A DNA stretch of 41,269 nt, taken from NCBI GenBank assembly GCA_016177575.1, contig JACOVA010000088.1, positions 1-41,269 on the forward strand, given 5' to 3'. A model generated the notes under the pieces. It did no database searches. It was given only the letters and a program-made list of their open reading frames with translations, and had not been told where the DNA came from. Position 1 is the first letter of the stretch; every line of letters begins with the position of its first letter. Made by a program: the position numbers and the translations under genes. This DNA comes from Betaproteobacteria bacterium. GTDB taxonomy: Bacteria; Pseudomonadota; Gammaproteobacteria; Burkholderiales; SG8-39. Positions 1-10,019 of this stretch are shown piece after piece.

Positions 1-2
1 CC

Positions 3-815
3 AGGCATCCCTGCATCGCGGTCGTGGGGCGGCCCAACGTCGGCAAATCGACGCTGGTCAATGCGCTGGTGGGCGAGGCGCGGGTGATCGCGCACGGCGA
101 GCCCGGCACCACGCGCGACCCGATCGAGGTGCCGTTCGAGCGCAGCGGCCGCCGCTACACCCTGGTCGATACCGCCGGCCTGCGCAAGCGCGGCAAGGCG
201 GGCGGCGAGATCGAGCGCTTCTCGATCGTCAAGACGCTGCAGGCGCTCGAGGCCGCCAACGTCGCGGTGCTGGTGCTCGACGCCGCCGAGGGCGTCTCGG
301 AGCAGGATGCGCACGTCGCCGGCTACATCCTCGAGCGCGGCCGGGCGCTGGTAGTCGCGGTGAACAAATGGGACGCCGCCGGCAAGGAGGCGCGCGAGCG
401 GGTGAGGAGTGAGCTGCGCTGGAAGCTCGGCTTCCTCGGCTTCGCCGATACGCTGTTCATCTCGGCGCAGTCGGGCAAGGGGGTGGGCGAGGTGCTGCGC
501 GCGGTCGATGCCGCCTATGCGGCGGCGATGGCCAAGCTCTCGACGCCGAAGCTCACGCGCTCGCTCATCGCTGCGATCGAGCGCCAGGCGCCGCCGATCC
601 GGCGCGGCCACGCGCGTCCCAAGCTGCGCTATGCGCACCAGGGCGGCTCCAACCCGCCGCGCATCGTGATCCACGGCAACTCGTTGCAGCACGTGAGCGA
701 CGGCTACCGGCGCTACCTCGAGGGCTGGTTCCGCGACGCCTTCAGGCTCACCGGCACGCCGCTGCGCATCGAGCTGCGCACCGGGCGCAACCCCTACGCG
801 AAGAAAAAGACCTAG
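3..815 (+). CDS. der: Ribosome biogenesis GTPase Der (EngA); 5'-truncated by the window, GD2 plus KH-like domain visible
   Basis: [17 protein letters not shown] and NKWD G-motifs; C-terminal [14 protein letters not shown]...YRRYLE. The frame is open from the window start. Confidence 0.96.
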   Translation, partial: RHPCIAVVGRPNVGKSTLVNALVGEARVIAHGEPGTTRDPIEVPFERSGRRYTLVDTAGLRKRGKAGGEIERFSIVKTLQALEAANVAVLVLDAAEGVSEQDAHVAGYILERGRALVVAVNKWDAAGKEARERVRSELRWKLGFLGFADTLFISAQSGKGVGEVLRAVDAAYAAAMAKLSTPKLTRSLIAAIERQAPPIRRGHARPKLRYAHQGGSNPPRIVIHGNSLQHVSDGYRRYLEGWFRDAFRLTGTPLRIELRTGRNPYAKKKT

Positions 816-826
816 CGCGCGGAATG

Positions 827-856
827 TTGACGACGACAACTTTATGCCGGCATAAT
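827..856 (+). promoter_or_regulatory. Sigma70-type promoter for the tetR gene
   Basis: TTGACG (827-832), 18 nt spacer, CATAAT (851-856); ATG864 lies 7 nt downstream. Confidence 0.6.
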
Positions 857-863
857 GTGTCCG

Positions 864-1457
864 ATGACAACATTGAAACACGGCTACCATCACGGGGATC
901 TTTCGGCCGCGGTGCGGCAGGCGGCTGGAAAACTCCTGGAAAAGCACGGGCTTGAGGCGCTGACGATGCGCGAGCTGGCGCGCCGTGCCAAGGTCTCGCA
1001 CAACGCGCCCTACCGGCATTTCCCGGACCGCGGGGCGCTGCTCGCGGCGCTCGCCGCGGAGGGCTTTGCCGTGCTCGGCGAAGCGCAGCGCCGGGCGGCC
1101 GAAACCGGCGGCCTGCGCGCCATGGGGGAGGCCTACGTACGCTTTGCGCTCGAGCACCCGCAGCGCTTCCGCCTCATGTTCGGCGGGCAGATCCGGTTCG
1201 CCAAGCACGCGCGGCTGCGCGAGGTCGCGGGCGGGGTGTTCGAGGATCTTGCCGGTGCTCTGGCCACGCGCGTGCCCGAAGCGCGCGGCGCGCGCGATGC
1301 GTCGATCGCGGCCTGGGCGCTGGTGCACGGCCTGGCGCTGCTGCTGCTCGAGCAGCGCATCGCGGCGTCGGCGCGCGCCGGGCGCGACGAGGCGACATTC
1401 GTGCGCGCAGTGCTCGGCTCGCTGCGCTTTGCGATCGGGCCGGCTCAGCCGGCGTAG
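864..1457 (+). CDS. TetR/AcrR family regulator (WHG-type C-terminal domain)
   Basis: YHHGDL N-terminus, HTH LTMRELARRAKVSHNAPYRHF, AWALVHG. The alternative start at 855 overlaps the -10 box. Confidence 0.92.
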   Translation: MTTLKHGYHHGDLSAAVRQAAGKLLEKHGLEALTMRELARRAKVSHNAPYRHFPDRGALLAALAAEGFAVLGEAQRRAAETGGLRAMGEAYVRFALEHPQRFRLMFGGQIRFAKHARLREVAGGVFEDLAGALATRVPEARGARDASIAAWALVHGLALLLLEQRIAASARAGRDEATFVRAVLGSLRFAIGPAQPA

Positions 1458-4426
1458 GCCGCGAAGGCGGCCGCGCAGGCGGCCGCGCCGGCGCGCTCCG
1501 CGTGGCAGCGCAGCAGGCGAAACACCGGCTGGGCAGGGTCGCGGATGCGCTTCAGGTGGCGCTGCCACACGCTCAGCGCGCGCGGCGCGTCGCGCGCGGC
1601 GACATAGCCCGACATTGCCGCGGTCAGCAGGTACTCGCGCGCGTCGCCGCTCAGCTCGTCGTCGTTCTCCAGCAATGCCGCGGCGAGCGCCGCCGAGCGG
1701 CCAGGGTCGCGCGCCGCGAGCGCGGCAAAGAGCGAAATCCAGCGCCGCTGGAATTCGTACAGGCCACCGAAGCACGGCGAGGCGGTGAAGCGCGCCCACA
1801 CCGCCCCGGCCTCGGCCGCCGGCAGGAACGGGTTGAGCGTGCGCGCGACGCTCAGCAGGCTGTGCAGCCAGACATCCTGCTCCCTGGGGTCGCGGCACTC
1901 GATCAGGCGCAGCTTGGCTACCTCCAGGTCCTTCTGCAGCCGGGTCGAGATCGAGCGCGGCTCCGGGGGCTGCGGGTCGAGCAGGAAGTCGCGCGCATAG
2001 CGCGCGAGGCGAGTGGCCTCGACGCGCGCGAACGCGTACGCGCCCCGGTGCAGCGGGTTGACCTGGCGGCGCGGCGCCGGCTCGAGCAGCTCGAGCACCG
2101 GCACGCCGGCGTTGAGCAGCGCCACCACGTCGGTCGCGCTTCGCTCCATGAAGCGGTACTTGGCGGCGTTGAGATCGAGCACCGGGTAGTAGTCGGAATT
2201 GGCGGGCATGCCGTAGCTCGCGAACAGCGGCTCGAGCGTGGCCCTGCTGCCGAGAAAGCGCGCGTCGAGGTCGCCGACGCTGAGCACGTGCACGCCGAAC
2301 AGCTCGCGCGCGAGGCCCGGGTGCTCGAACACCGACTGCCTGGGCGGCAGCGGCGGCGGCTGGTCGCTGGCGACGATGAGCAGGTCGTGGTCGCTGGCTG
2401 CGAACACCGCGTAGTGCGGGAACACTTCGCCGAGCGCGCGCATGACCGAGGCGAGCAGGGAGGCGTCGATCTCATAGAGCTGGAACCACTGCACCAGCAC
2501 GCCGCCGGGGTTGAGGTGCGCGCGGATGCGGCGGTAGAACTCGAGCGTGAACAGGCTCGAGACGCCGCTCACCCAGGGGTTCGAAGGCTCGGAGACCAGG
2601 ATGTCGTAGCGCCGGTTGCGGGTCGAGAAGAAGGTCTTGGCATCGTCGATCACGATCGCGCCGCGCGGATCCGCGAAGGTGGCGCTGTTGCGCGGCGCGA
2701 AGCCGCGCGCGGCCTCGGCCATCGCCGCCTCGATCTCGACCGTCTCCACGCGCTCGATCGTCAGGCTCTGCAGCAGCGTGTGCGTGGTGAGCCCGGTGCC
2801 GATGCCGATCACCGCGGCGCTCTTCGCCTCGGGCTTGAGCGCGAGCGGCAGGGCGCCGGTGAGCACCATGGTGATCTCGTCCGAGCCGCGCTCGCCGTCG
2901 CGGTCGAGATTGATCGAGCCGTCGGACTTGCCGTTGGTGCGGATGCTGGTCGCCTCGGGGTAGCGCACCAGGTGCACGGTCGCGGTCTTGCCGTCCTTGT
3001 TGAACAGGATCTGGGCATCGGCGGAGGTGGCAAGCTCGCCGTGGCGGAAAACGCCCGCGGTCATCTTGTTGGCGTCGAGCTCGAAGGCGAGCACGAGCGG
3101 CGCGAACGCGAGCGCGCAGGCCGCCGCCGGCGCGGCGAATTGGCGGCGCCGCGGCGCGAAGCGGTAAAGCAGCAGCAGCCCGACGCCCGCGTCGACCAGC
3201 GCGCCGACGATCAGCGTGTCCTTGAGGCCGAGCAGCGGCAGTCCGGCGTGCACCGCGAGCAGCACCCCGGCGATGCCGCCAAGCGTGTTCGCCGCGTACA
3301 CCTGGCCGATGGCGCGCTCGCCGGCGCCGCGGCGCAGCAGCGCGCCGGTGATCAGGGGCAGCGTCATCCCGGCGCAGAAGGTCGCCGGCAGCATCACCAG
3401 CGCCGAGATGCCCTGGCCGGTCAGGTTGAAGAACAGGTATCCGGCTTCGGTGCGCGCCAAGCCCTGCATCAGGAACTCCATCAGCTCGAAGCTGCGGTCG
3501 TAGACGGGCAGCGTGGCGAGCGCGAGCAGGCCCATCGCCACCTGCACCGATCCGAGCAGGCGCTCCGCGCTCGGCGCCGCGTCGACGAGCCTGCGCACCG
3601 CCAGGCCGCCGAGCGCGAGCCCGAGAATGAACACCGACAGCATCAGCTCGAACGAGTGCGTCGATGCGCCCAGCACCAGCGAGAGCATGCGGATCCAGCA
3701 GATCTCGTAGACGAACGACGCCAGCCCGGTGAGAAAGGCGACTGCCAGCAGGAGAGATACGGCTTCGCCCTGCTCCCCTGGGAGAGTCTTCTGCATGGCC
3801 GGATGGCGCGCGGGCCGCGCCAGCAGAGCGACGACGCCGGCGATCGCGAGGTTGAGAATTCCCGCGCTGCGCAGCGTTCCGGGCAGACCCGCCCAGGCGA
3901 TCAGGACGAAGCCGCTCGCCAGCACGCCGGCGGCGGCGCCGAGGCTGTTGGCGAAATAGAGCATCGCGACCGCCTCGCCCCCCGCGCCCGGCGCGGCGCG
4001 CACCAGCCCCGCGCTCATGAGCGGGAAGGTCGCACCGAGGAGCACCGATTGCGGCAAGATGAGGGCGCAGGAGATCGCCAGCTTGGCCGCGAGCGCGAGC
4101 CCGTCGCTGCCCAGCACCGGCAGCACGCTCGCATAGGACCAGTCGGTGGCGGCGACGAACAACTCGTGGAACACGAGCGCGCAGATCCCGATCGCCGCCT
4201 CGACCACGGCGTAGGCGGCGAGCGGGTTGCGCAGGCGCGTCGACAGGCGTGCGCACAGCGCAGCGCCGAGCGCCATGCCACCCATGAAGACGACCAGCAC
4301 CAGCGACTGCGCGTAGGCGGCGTGCCCGAGATAGAGCTTGAGGTAATGCGTCCAGACCGACTCGTAGATCAGGCCAGCGAATCCGGAGGCGATAAAAAGA
4401 GCGTAGAAGGCGGCGCGCGGCGCCAT
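1445..4426 (-). CDS. Fused multi-TM membrane domain / spermidine synthase-like (SAM-dependent fold) protein with C-terminal helical extension
   Basis: Duplicated TM repeats (SGFAGLIYESVW; TGLASFVYEICW); VIGIGTG, VEIE, DDAKTF and DILVSEPSNPW motifs. Start ATG4426 (alternative 4447). Confidence 0.85.
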   Translation of the reverse strand: MAPRAAFYALFIASGFAGLIYESVWTHYLKLYLGHAAYAQSLVLVVFMGGMALGAALCARLSTRLRNPLAAYAVVEAAIGICALVFHELFVAATDWSYASVLPVLGSDGLALAAKLAISCALILPQSVLLGATFPLMSAGLVRAAPGAGGEAVAMLYFANSLGAAAGVLASGFVLIAWAGLPGTLRSAGILNLAIAGVVALLARPARHPAMQKTLPGEQGEAVSLLLAVAFLTGLASFVYEICWIRMLSLVLGASTHSFELMLSVFILGLALGGLAVRRLVDAAPSAERLLGSVQVAMGLLALATLPVYDRSFELMEFLMQGLARTEAGYLFFNLTGQGISALVMLPATFCAGMTLPLITGALLRRGAGERAIGQVYAANTLGGIAGVLLAVHAGLPLLGLKDTLIVGALVDAGVGLLLLYRFAPRRRQFAAPAAACALAFAPLVLAFELDANKMTAGVFRHGELATSADAQILFNKDGKTATVHLVRYPEATSIRTNGKSDGSINLDRDGERGSDEITMVLTGALPLALKPEAKSAAVIGIGTGLTTHTLLQSLTIERVETVEIEAAMAEAARGFAPRNSATFADPRGAIVIDDAKTFFSTRNRRYDILVSEPSNPWVSGVSSLFTLEFYRRIRAHLNPGGVLVQWFQLYEIDASLLASVMRALGEVFPHYAVFAASDHDLLIVASDQPPPLPPRQSVFEHPGLARELFGVHVLSVGDLDARFLGSRATLEPLFASYGMPANSDYYPVLDLNAAKYRFMERSATDVVALLNAGVPVLELLEPAPRRQVNPLHRGAYAFARVEATRLARYARDFLLDPQPPEPRSISTRLQKDLEVAKLRLIECRDPREQDVWLHSLLSVARTLNPFLPAAEAGAVWARFTASPCFGGLYEFQRRWISLFAALAARDPGRSAALAAALLENDDELSGDAREYLLTAAMSGYVAARDAPRALSVWQRHLKRIRDPAQPVFRLLRCHAERAGAAACAAAFAAYAG

Positions 4427-4452
4427 GGCGGCGCTTATATCATGCATGCGCC

Positions 4453-5598
4453 GTGACCGAGCCGCAGCGCCTCGCCGCGTACTACTTCGCGTTCTTCGCC
4501 CACGCCGGCGCGTTCGTGGCGTATTTCTCGCTATGGCTCGCCGCGCGCGGCCTCACGCCCGCGCAGATCGCGTTTGCGCTCGCCATGCCGCAGCTGGCCC
4601 GCATCGTCGCGCCCACGCTGTGGGGCTGGCTCGCCGATGCCTGGGGTGTGCGCTATCCCGGGGCGCGGCGCGCCATCATCGTGTTCTCGGGGTTCGCGCT
4701 CGCGGCGGGGCTCGCCGCGCTCTATTTCCAGCACCGGCCGGGCTCGATCGCCCTGACGTTGCTGCTCCTCAGCCTCGCCTCCGCCGGCGCGATGCCGCTG
4801 CTCGAGGCGATCACGCTGTCGGTGGTGGGCGGGGCGAGCGGTGCCTACGGCCCCATCCGGTTGTGGGGCTCGGTAGGCTTCATCCTCACGGTCATCGGCA
4901 CCGGCGTCTGGCTCGATTACCGGCCGGCCGAGACGCTGCTCGGCGTGGTGCTCGCGCTCACGCTTGCCGCGTGCGCGGCCTCCTTCGCGCTGCCGCGCGG
5001 CGCGCCGCCGCCCGCGCACCTCGCCGCGCCGCGGCTTGCCGCCGTGCTGCGCCAGCCGGCGGTGCTCGCCTTCTTCGGCGCCTGCGTCTGCATGAGCGCG
5101 GCGCACGGTGCGATGTACGTTTTCTACGCCATCTACCTGGAGTCGGCGGGCTACTCGAAGACCGTGATCGGCGTTCTCTGGACGGTCGGCGTGGTGGCGG
5201 AGATCGTGCTCTTCCTGCGCCTGCCGCAGCTGCAGCGGCGCTTCAGCTTGCGTGCGCTGCTGCTCGCGAGCTTCGTCTGCGCCGTGGTGCGCTTCCTCGC
5301 CGTCGGCTGGGGCGTGGAGTGGTTCGCCGTGCTGGCCGCGGCGCAGCTGCTGCACGCGGCGACTTTCGGCGCGTTTCACGCCAGCTCGGTCGCCGCGGTG
5401 CACCGGCTGTTCCCGGGCGCGCTCGCGGCGCGCGGCCAGGCGCTATTTTCCAGCGTCACTTACGGGCTCGGCGGCGCGGCCGGATCGCTGGTCGCCGGCT
5501 GGACTTGGGAGTCGCTTGGCGCCGCGCCGAGCTTCGCCGTGAGCGCGCTGTTCGCGCTGCTCGGCGGGGCCTTGGTGGCCTGGAAGGTCAGGGTCTAA
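4453..5598 (+). CDS. MFS transporter (MFS_1-like, HcaT/PPP-like)
   Basis: About 12 hydrophobic segments; YGPIRLWGSVGF and AQLLHAATFG motifs. Confidence 0.9.
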   Translation: MTEPQRLAAYYFAFFAHAGAFVAYFSLWLAARGLTPAQIAFALAMPQLARIVAPTLWGWLADAWGVRYPGARRAIIVFSGFALAAGLAALYFQHRPGSIALTLLLLSLASAGAMPLLEAITLSVVGGASGAYGPIRLWGSVGFILTVIGTGVWLDYRPAETLLGVVLALTLAACAASFALPRGAPPPAHLAAPRLAAVLRQPAVLAFFGACVCMSAAHGAMYVFYAIYLESAGYSKTVIGVLWTVGVVAEIVLFLRLPQLQRRFSLRALLLASFVCAVVRFLAVGWGVEWFAVLAAAQLLHAATFGAFHASSVAAVHRLFPGALAARGQALFSSVTYGLGGAAGSLVAGWTWESLGAAPSFAVSALFALLGGALVAWKVRV

Positions 5599-5644
5599 GC
5601 ATGGGTTTTGAGATGTATTGCTATGCCATAATCGAAATCCCTTC

Positions 5645-7060
5645 ATGGCGCGCACCCTCTACGACAAGCTCTGGGACAGCCACCTCGTGCACGTCGAGGC
5701 GGACGGCACGGCGCTGCTCTACATCGACCGCCACCTGGTGCACGAGGTCACGAGCCCGCAGGCCTTCGAGGGGCTGAAGCGCGCGGGCCGCAAGCCCTGG
5801 CGCATGTCTTCGGTGGTGGCGACCGCCGACCACAACACGCCCACCACCGGCTGGGAGCGCGGCATCGAAGGCATCGAGGATCCGACCTCGCGCATCCAGG
5901 TCGAGACGCTCGACGCCAACATGCGCGAGCACCCGGCCAAGGCGTATTTTCCGTTCCTCGACGCGCGCCAGGGAATCGTGCACGTGATCGGGCCGGAAAA
6001 CGGCGCCACGCTGCCGGGCATGACGGTGGTGTGCGGCGATTCGCACACCAGCACGCACGGCGCGTTCGCCTGCCTCGCGCACGGCATCGGCACATCCGAA
6101 GTCGAGCACGTGCTCGCCACCCAGTGCCTCGTCACCCGCAAGATGAAGAACATGCGCGTCCGGGTCGACGGCGAGCTCGGGCGCGGCGTCACCGCCAAGG
6201 ACGTGGTCCTCGCCATCATTGGCCGCATCGGCACCGCGGGCGGCTCGGGCCACGCCGTCGAGTTCGCCGGCAGCGTGCTGCGCTCGCTGTCGATGGAAGG
6301 CCGCATGACGATCTGCAACATGGCGATCGAGGCGGGCGCGCGCGCGGGCATGGTGGCGGTGGACGAAACCACGATCCAGTACCTCAAGGGCCGCGCCTTT
6401 GCGCCCTCCGGCCCGGAATGGGACCGCGCGGTCGCCGGCTGGAAGGTGCTGGTGAGCGATGCGGACGCGGAGTTCGACCGCGAGGTCAAGCTCGACGGGC
6501 GGAGCATCGCGCCGCAGGTGACCTGGGGAACGTCGCCGGAGATGGTGGTCACGGTGGAGGAGAGCGTGCCCGATCCGGACAGGGAGAAGGATCCGATCAA
6601 GCGCGAAGGCATGGAGCGCGCGCTCGCCTACATGGGCCTCAAGCCGCGCACGCCGATCGAGGAGATCAAGCTCGACAAGGTGTTCATCGGCTCGTGCACC
6701 AACTCGCGCATCGAGGACCTGCGGCTCGCCGCCTCGGTGGTGCGCGGCAAGAAGGTCGCGCCCGGCGTGCGCCTCGCGCTGGTGGTCCCGGGCTCGGGCC
6801 TGGTGAAGGCGCAAGCGGAAAAGGAGGGCCTCGACCGCGTGTTCCGTGATTCGGGCTTCGAGTGGCGCGAGCCCGGCTGCTCGATGTGCCTGGCGATGAA
6901 CGCCGATCGCCTGGAGCCCGGCGAGCGCTGCGCCGCCACCTCGAACCGCAATTTCGAGGGACGGCAAGGCGCCGGCGGGCGCACTCACCTGGTGAGCCCG
7001 GCGATGGCGGCCGCGGCGGCGATCGCCGGGCATTTCGTCGACGTGCGGGGATGGCGCTAG
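5645..7060 (+). CDS. leuC: 3-isopropylmalate dehydratase large subunit
   Basis: [48 protein letters not shown]. Confidence 0.98.
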   Translation: MARTLYDKLWDSHLVHVEADGTALLYIDRHLVHEVTSPQAFEGLKRAGRKPWRMSSVVATADHNTPTTGWERGIEGIEDPTSRIQVETLDANMREHPAKAYFPFLDARQGIVHVIGPENGATLPGMTVVCGDSHTSTHGAFACLAHGIGTSEVEHVLATQCLVTRKMKNMRVRVDGELGRGVTAKDVVLAIIGRIGTAGGSGHAVEFAGSVLRSLSMEGRMTICNMAIEAGARAGMVAVDETTIQYLKGRAFAPSGPEWDRAVAGWKVLVSDADAEFDREVKLDGRSIAPQVTWGTSPEMVVTVEESVPDPDREKDPIKREGMERALAYMGLKPRTPIEEIKLDKVFIGSCTNSRIEDLRLAASVVRGKKVAPGVRLALVVPGSGLVKAQAEKEGLDRVFRDSGFEWREPGCSMCLAMNADRLEPGERCAATSNRNFEGRQGAGGRTHLVSPAMAAAAAIAGHFVDVRGWR

Positions 7061-7062
7061 CC

Positions 7063-7701
7063 ATGGAAAAGTTCACCGTGCTGAACGCGCTGGTGGCGCC
7101 GCTCGACCGGGCCAACGTCGACACCGACGCCATCATCCCCAAGCAGTTCCTCAAGTCGATCAAGCGCACCGGCTACGGCCCGAACCTGTTCGACGCCTGG
7201 CGCTTCCTCGATCCGGGCGTGCCGGGCGCGGACCCGGCCTCGCGCCGGCCCAATCCCGATTTCGTGCTCAACCAGGCCCGCTACCGCGGGGCGCAGATCC
7301 TGCTCGCGCGCAAGAATTTCGGCTGCGGCAGCTCGCGCGAGCACGCGCCCTGGGCGCTGCAGGAATACGGCTTCCGCTGCGTCGTCGCGCCGTCCTTCGG
7401 CGACATCTTCTACGACAACTGCTTCAAGAACGGGCTGCTGCCGGTGGTCCTTGCCGAGCCCGAGGTCGACGGCCTGTTCTACGACTGCGCGCTGCCCGGG
7501 TTCCGGCTCATCGTCGACCTCGCCGCGCAGACGGTGTCGACGAACGACGGGGCGAAATCGTTTCGCTTCGCGGTCGATGCCACGCGCAGGTATTCGCTGC
7601 TCAACGGCCTGGACGAGATCGGGCTCACGCTGCGCCACGCCGACAAGATCCGCGCCTTCGAGGCGCGGCGGCGCGAGCAGCTGCCCTGGCTGTTCCGCTA
7701 G
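7063..7701 (+). CDS. leuD: 3-isopropylmalate dehydratase small subunit
   Basis: [28 protein letters not shown]; follows leuC. Confidence 0.97.
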   Translation: MEKFTVLNALVAPLDRANVDTDAIIPKQFLKSIKRTGYGPNLFDAWRFLDPGVPGADPASRRPNPDFVLNQARYRGAQILLARKNFGCGSSREHAPWALQEYGFRCVVAPSFGDIFYDNCFKNGLLPVVLAEPEVDGLFYDCALPGFRLIVDLAAQTVSTNDGAKSFRFAVDATRRYSLLNGLDEIGLTLRHADKIRAFEARRREQLPWLFR

Positions 7702-7706
7702 GCGCC

Positions 7707-8762
7707 ATGAGGATCGCGGTATTGCCGGGCGACGGCATCGGCAAGGAGATCGTCGCGCAGGCGGTCATGGTGCTCGGGCGCCTCGGGCTGCGGCTGGAAA
7801 TCGAGGAGGCCGCTGTAGGCGGCGCCGCCTACGACCAGAGCGGAGATCCGCTTCCCGAGGCCACGCTGGCGGCGGCGCGGCGCGCCGACGCGATACTTTT
7901 CGGCGCCGTCGGCGGCCCGCGCTACGATGGCCTGCCGCGCGCCAAGCGCCCCGAGCAGGCGCTGCTCGGGCTGCGCAAGGCGCTCGGCCTGTTCGCCAAC
8001 CTCAGGCCGGCGCAGGTTTACGCCGAGCTCGCGGACGCCTCGGCGCTCAGGCCCGAGGTGGTCGCGGAGCTCGACATCCTGATCGTGCGCGAGCTGACGG
8101 GCGACATCTATTTCGGGCAGCCGAAGGGGATCCGGCAGCACGAATCGGGCGGCCGGGAAGGCTTCGACACCATGCGCTATACCGAGGCCGAGGTGCGCAG
8201 AATCGCGCAGGTGGCCTTCGAGGCGGCGCGCAAGCGCTCCAAGCGCGTCTGCTCGGTCGACAAGGCCAACGTTCTCGAGACTTCGCAGCTTTGGAGAGAA
8301 GTCGTCACCGAAGAAGCGAAAAACTACAAGGACGTTGAGCTCTGCCATATGTACGTCGACAACTGCGCGATGCAGCTGGTGCGCGAGCCCAAGCAGTTCG
8401 ACGTCATCGTCACCGGCAACATGTTCGGCGACATCCTCTCCGACGAGGCCTCGATGCTGACCGGGTCGATCGGGCTGCTGCCGTCGGCCTCGCTCGACGC
8501 GCAGGGCAAGGGCCTGTACGAGCCGATCCACGGCTCGGCGCCGGACATCGCCGGCAAGGGGGTCGCCAACCCGCTGGCGACGATCCTGTCGGCGGCAATG
8601 ATGCTGCGCTATTCGCTCGGGCAGAGCGCGGCCGCGCAGCGCGTCGAGGAGGCGGTGAGGAAGGCCCTGCGCGACGGCTACCGCACTGCAGACATATATA
8701 CTGACGGAATGAAGAAAGTCGGCACCGGGGAAATGGGCGCGGCGGTCGCGCAAAGGCTGTGA
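7707..8762 (+). CDS. leuB: 3-isopropylmalate dehydrogenase
   Basis: [38 protein letters not shown]. Confidence 0.98.
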   Translation: MRIAVLPGDGIGKEIVAQAVMVLGRLGLRLEIEEAAVGGAAYDQSGDPLPEATLAAARRADAILFGAVGGPRYDGLPRAKRPEQALLGLRKALGLFANLRPAQVYAELADASALRPEVVAELDILIVRELTGDIYFGQPKGIRQHESGGREGFDTMRYTEAEVRRIAQVAFEAARKRSKRVCSVDKANVLETSQLWREVVTEEAKNYKDVELCHMYVDNCAMQLVREPKQFDVIVTGNMFGDILSDEASMLTGSIGLLPSASLDAQGKGLYEPIHGSAPDIAGKGVANPLATILSAAMMLRYSLGQSAAAQRVEEAVRKALRDGYRTADIYTDGMKKVGTGEMGAAVAQRL

Positions 8763-9883
8763 CGCTGCGCGTCGGCATCGTCGGCTGGCGCGGCATGGTC
8801 GGCTCGGTGCTCGTGCAGCGCATGCGCGAGGAGCGCGATTTCGACCCCATTGAGCCGGTGTTCTTCTCCGGCTCGCGCGCGGGCGGCAAAGGCCCCGAGA
8901 TCGGCAGGGAAACCGCGCCGGTCGGCAACGCCACGGACGTCGAGGCGCTGCGGCGGCTGCCGGTGATCGTCTCCTGCCAGGGCGGGGACTACACGAACGA
9001 GATCCATCCGCAACTGCGCAGCGCGGGCTGGAAGGGATACTGGATCGACGCGGCGAGCGCGCTGCGCATGAAGGACGACGCGGTGATCGTGCTCGATCCG
9101 GTCAACATGCCGATGATCAGGGAGCGGCTCGCGCGCGGCGCCAGGGACTTCATCGGCGGCAATTGCACCGTGAGCCTGATGCTGATGGGCGTCGCCGGAC
9201 TGCTGCAGCGCGACCTCGTCGAATGGATGACCAGCATGACTTACCAGGCGGCATCGGGCGCGGGCGCGGCGAGCATGCGCGAGCTGGCGCAGCAGATGGC
9301 GCATCTCGGCCGGGTCGCGGGGCCGGCGCTCGACGATCCGGCGGCGAGCGCGCTGGAGATCGACCAGAAGGTGGGCGCCGCGCTGCGCAACGGCTCGCTG
9401 CCGAAGCGCGAGATCGGCTACCCCCTGGCGGCGAGCCTGCTGCCCTGGATCGACAGGGACCTCGGCAACGGCCAGAGCCGCGAGGAATGGAAAGCGCAGG
9501 CCGAGGGCAACAAGATCCTCGGCCGCAGCGAGCGGCCGATCCCGATGGACGGCATCTGCGTGCGCGTCGGCGCGATGCGCTGCCACAGCCAGGCGCTGAC
9601 GATCAAGCTCAAGAAGGACGTTCCGCTCGGCGAGATCGAGGGCATGCTCGCCGAGGCGCACGATTGGCTGAGAGTGGTGCCCAACCGGCGCGAGGAAACG
9701 CTCGCCGAGCTGACTCCGGCCGCGGTGAGCGGGAAACTCTCGGTGCCGATCGGCAGGCTGCGCAAGCTGCCGATGGGCGGGGAATATCTGGCAGCCTTCA
9801 CGGTGGGCGATCAGCTGCTCTGGGGAGCCGCGGAGCCACTGCGCCGGATGCTGCGCATACTGCTCGATGCCGGGGTGCGCTGA
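8759..9883 (+). CDS. asd: Aspartate-semialdehyde dehydrogenase (E. coli type)
   Basis: [35 protein letters not shown]; GTGA overlap with leuB. Confidence 0.98.
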   Translation: MTLRVGIVGWRGMVGSVLVQRMREERDFDPIEPVFFSGSRAGGKGPEIGRETAPVGNATDVEALRRLPVIVSCQGGDYTNEIHPQLRSAGWKGYWIDAASALRMKDDAVIVLDPVNMPMIRERLARGARDFIGGNCTVSLMLMGVAGLLQRDLVEWMTSMTYQAASGAGAASMRELAQQMAHLGRVAGPALDDPAASALEIDQKVGAALRNGSLPKREIGYPLAASLLPWIDRDLGNGQSREEWKAQAEGNKILGRSERPIPMDGICVRVGAMRCHSQALTIKLKKDVPLGEIEGMLAEAHDWLRVVPNRREETLAELTPAAVSGKLSVPIGRLRKLPMGGEYLAAFTVGDQLLWGAAEPLRRMLRILLDAGVR

Positions 9884-9955
9884 GGGCGATTCCGCGGGGC
9901 AAATTTCCTTGCCGTCCAAGGCGCTAGCGCATCAAAATCGAGAACTTCTCTCAGG

Positions 9956-9984
9956 TTGCAGGGCTAACGCCATGATGTTATGGT
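9956..9984 (+). promoter_or_regulatory. Putative sigma70 promoter of the fimV-truA-trp cluster
   Basis: TTGCAG, 17 nt spacer, TATGGT with a TGn extension, in an AT-richer intergenic region. Confidence 0.5.
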
Positions 9985-10019
9985 AGTCAGTCCCACAAGA
10001 ACGGCTCAGGGTGCGATGA

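Noticed and set aside
1502-4456. 984-aa plus-strand ORF, and many other long antisense or alternate-frame ORFs (e.g. 5621-7033, 10029-11897, 13940-15019)
   Set aside because: Shadow ORFs of real genes, caused by high GC3 and scarce stops. They are Arg/Ala/Gly-rich with no recognisable motifs.
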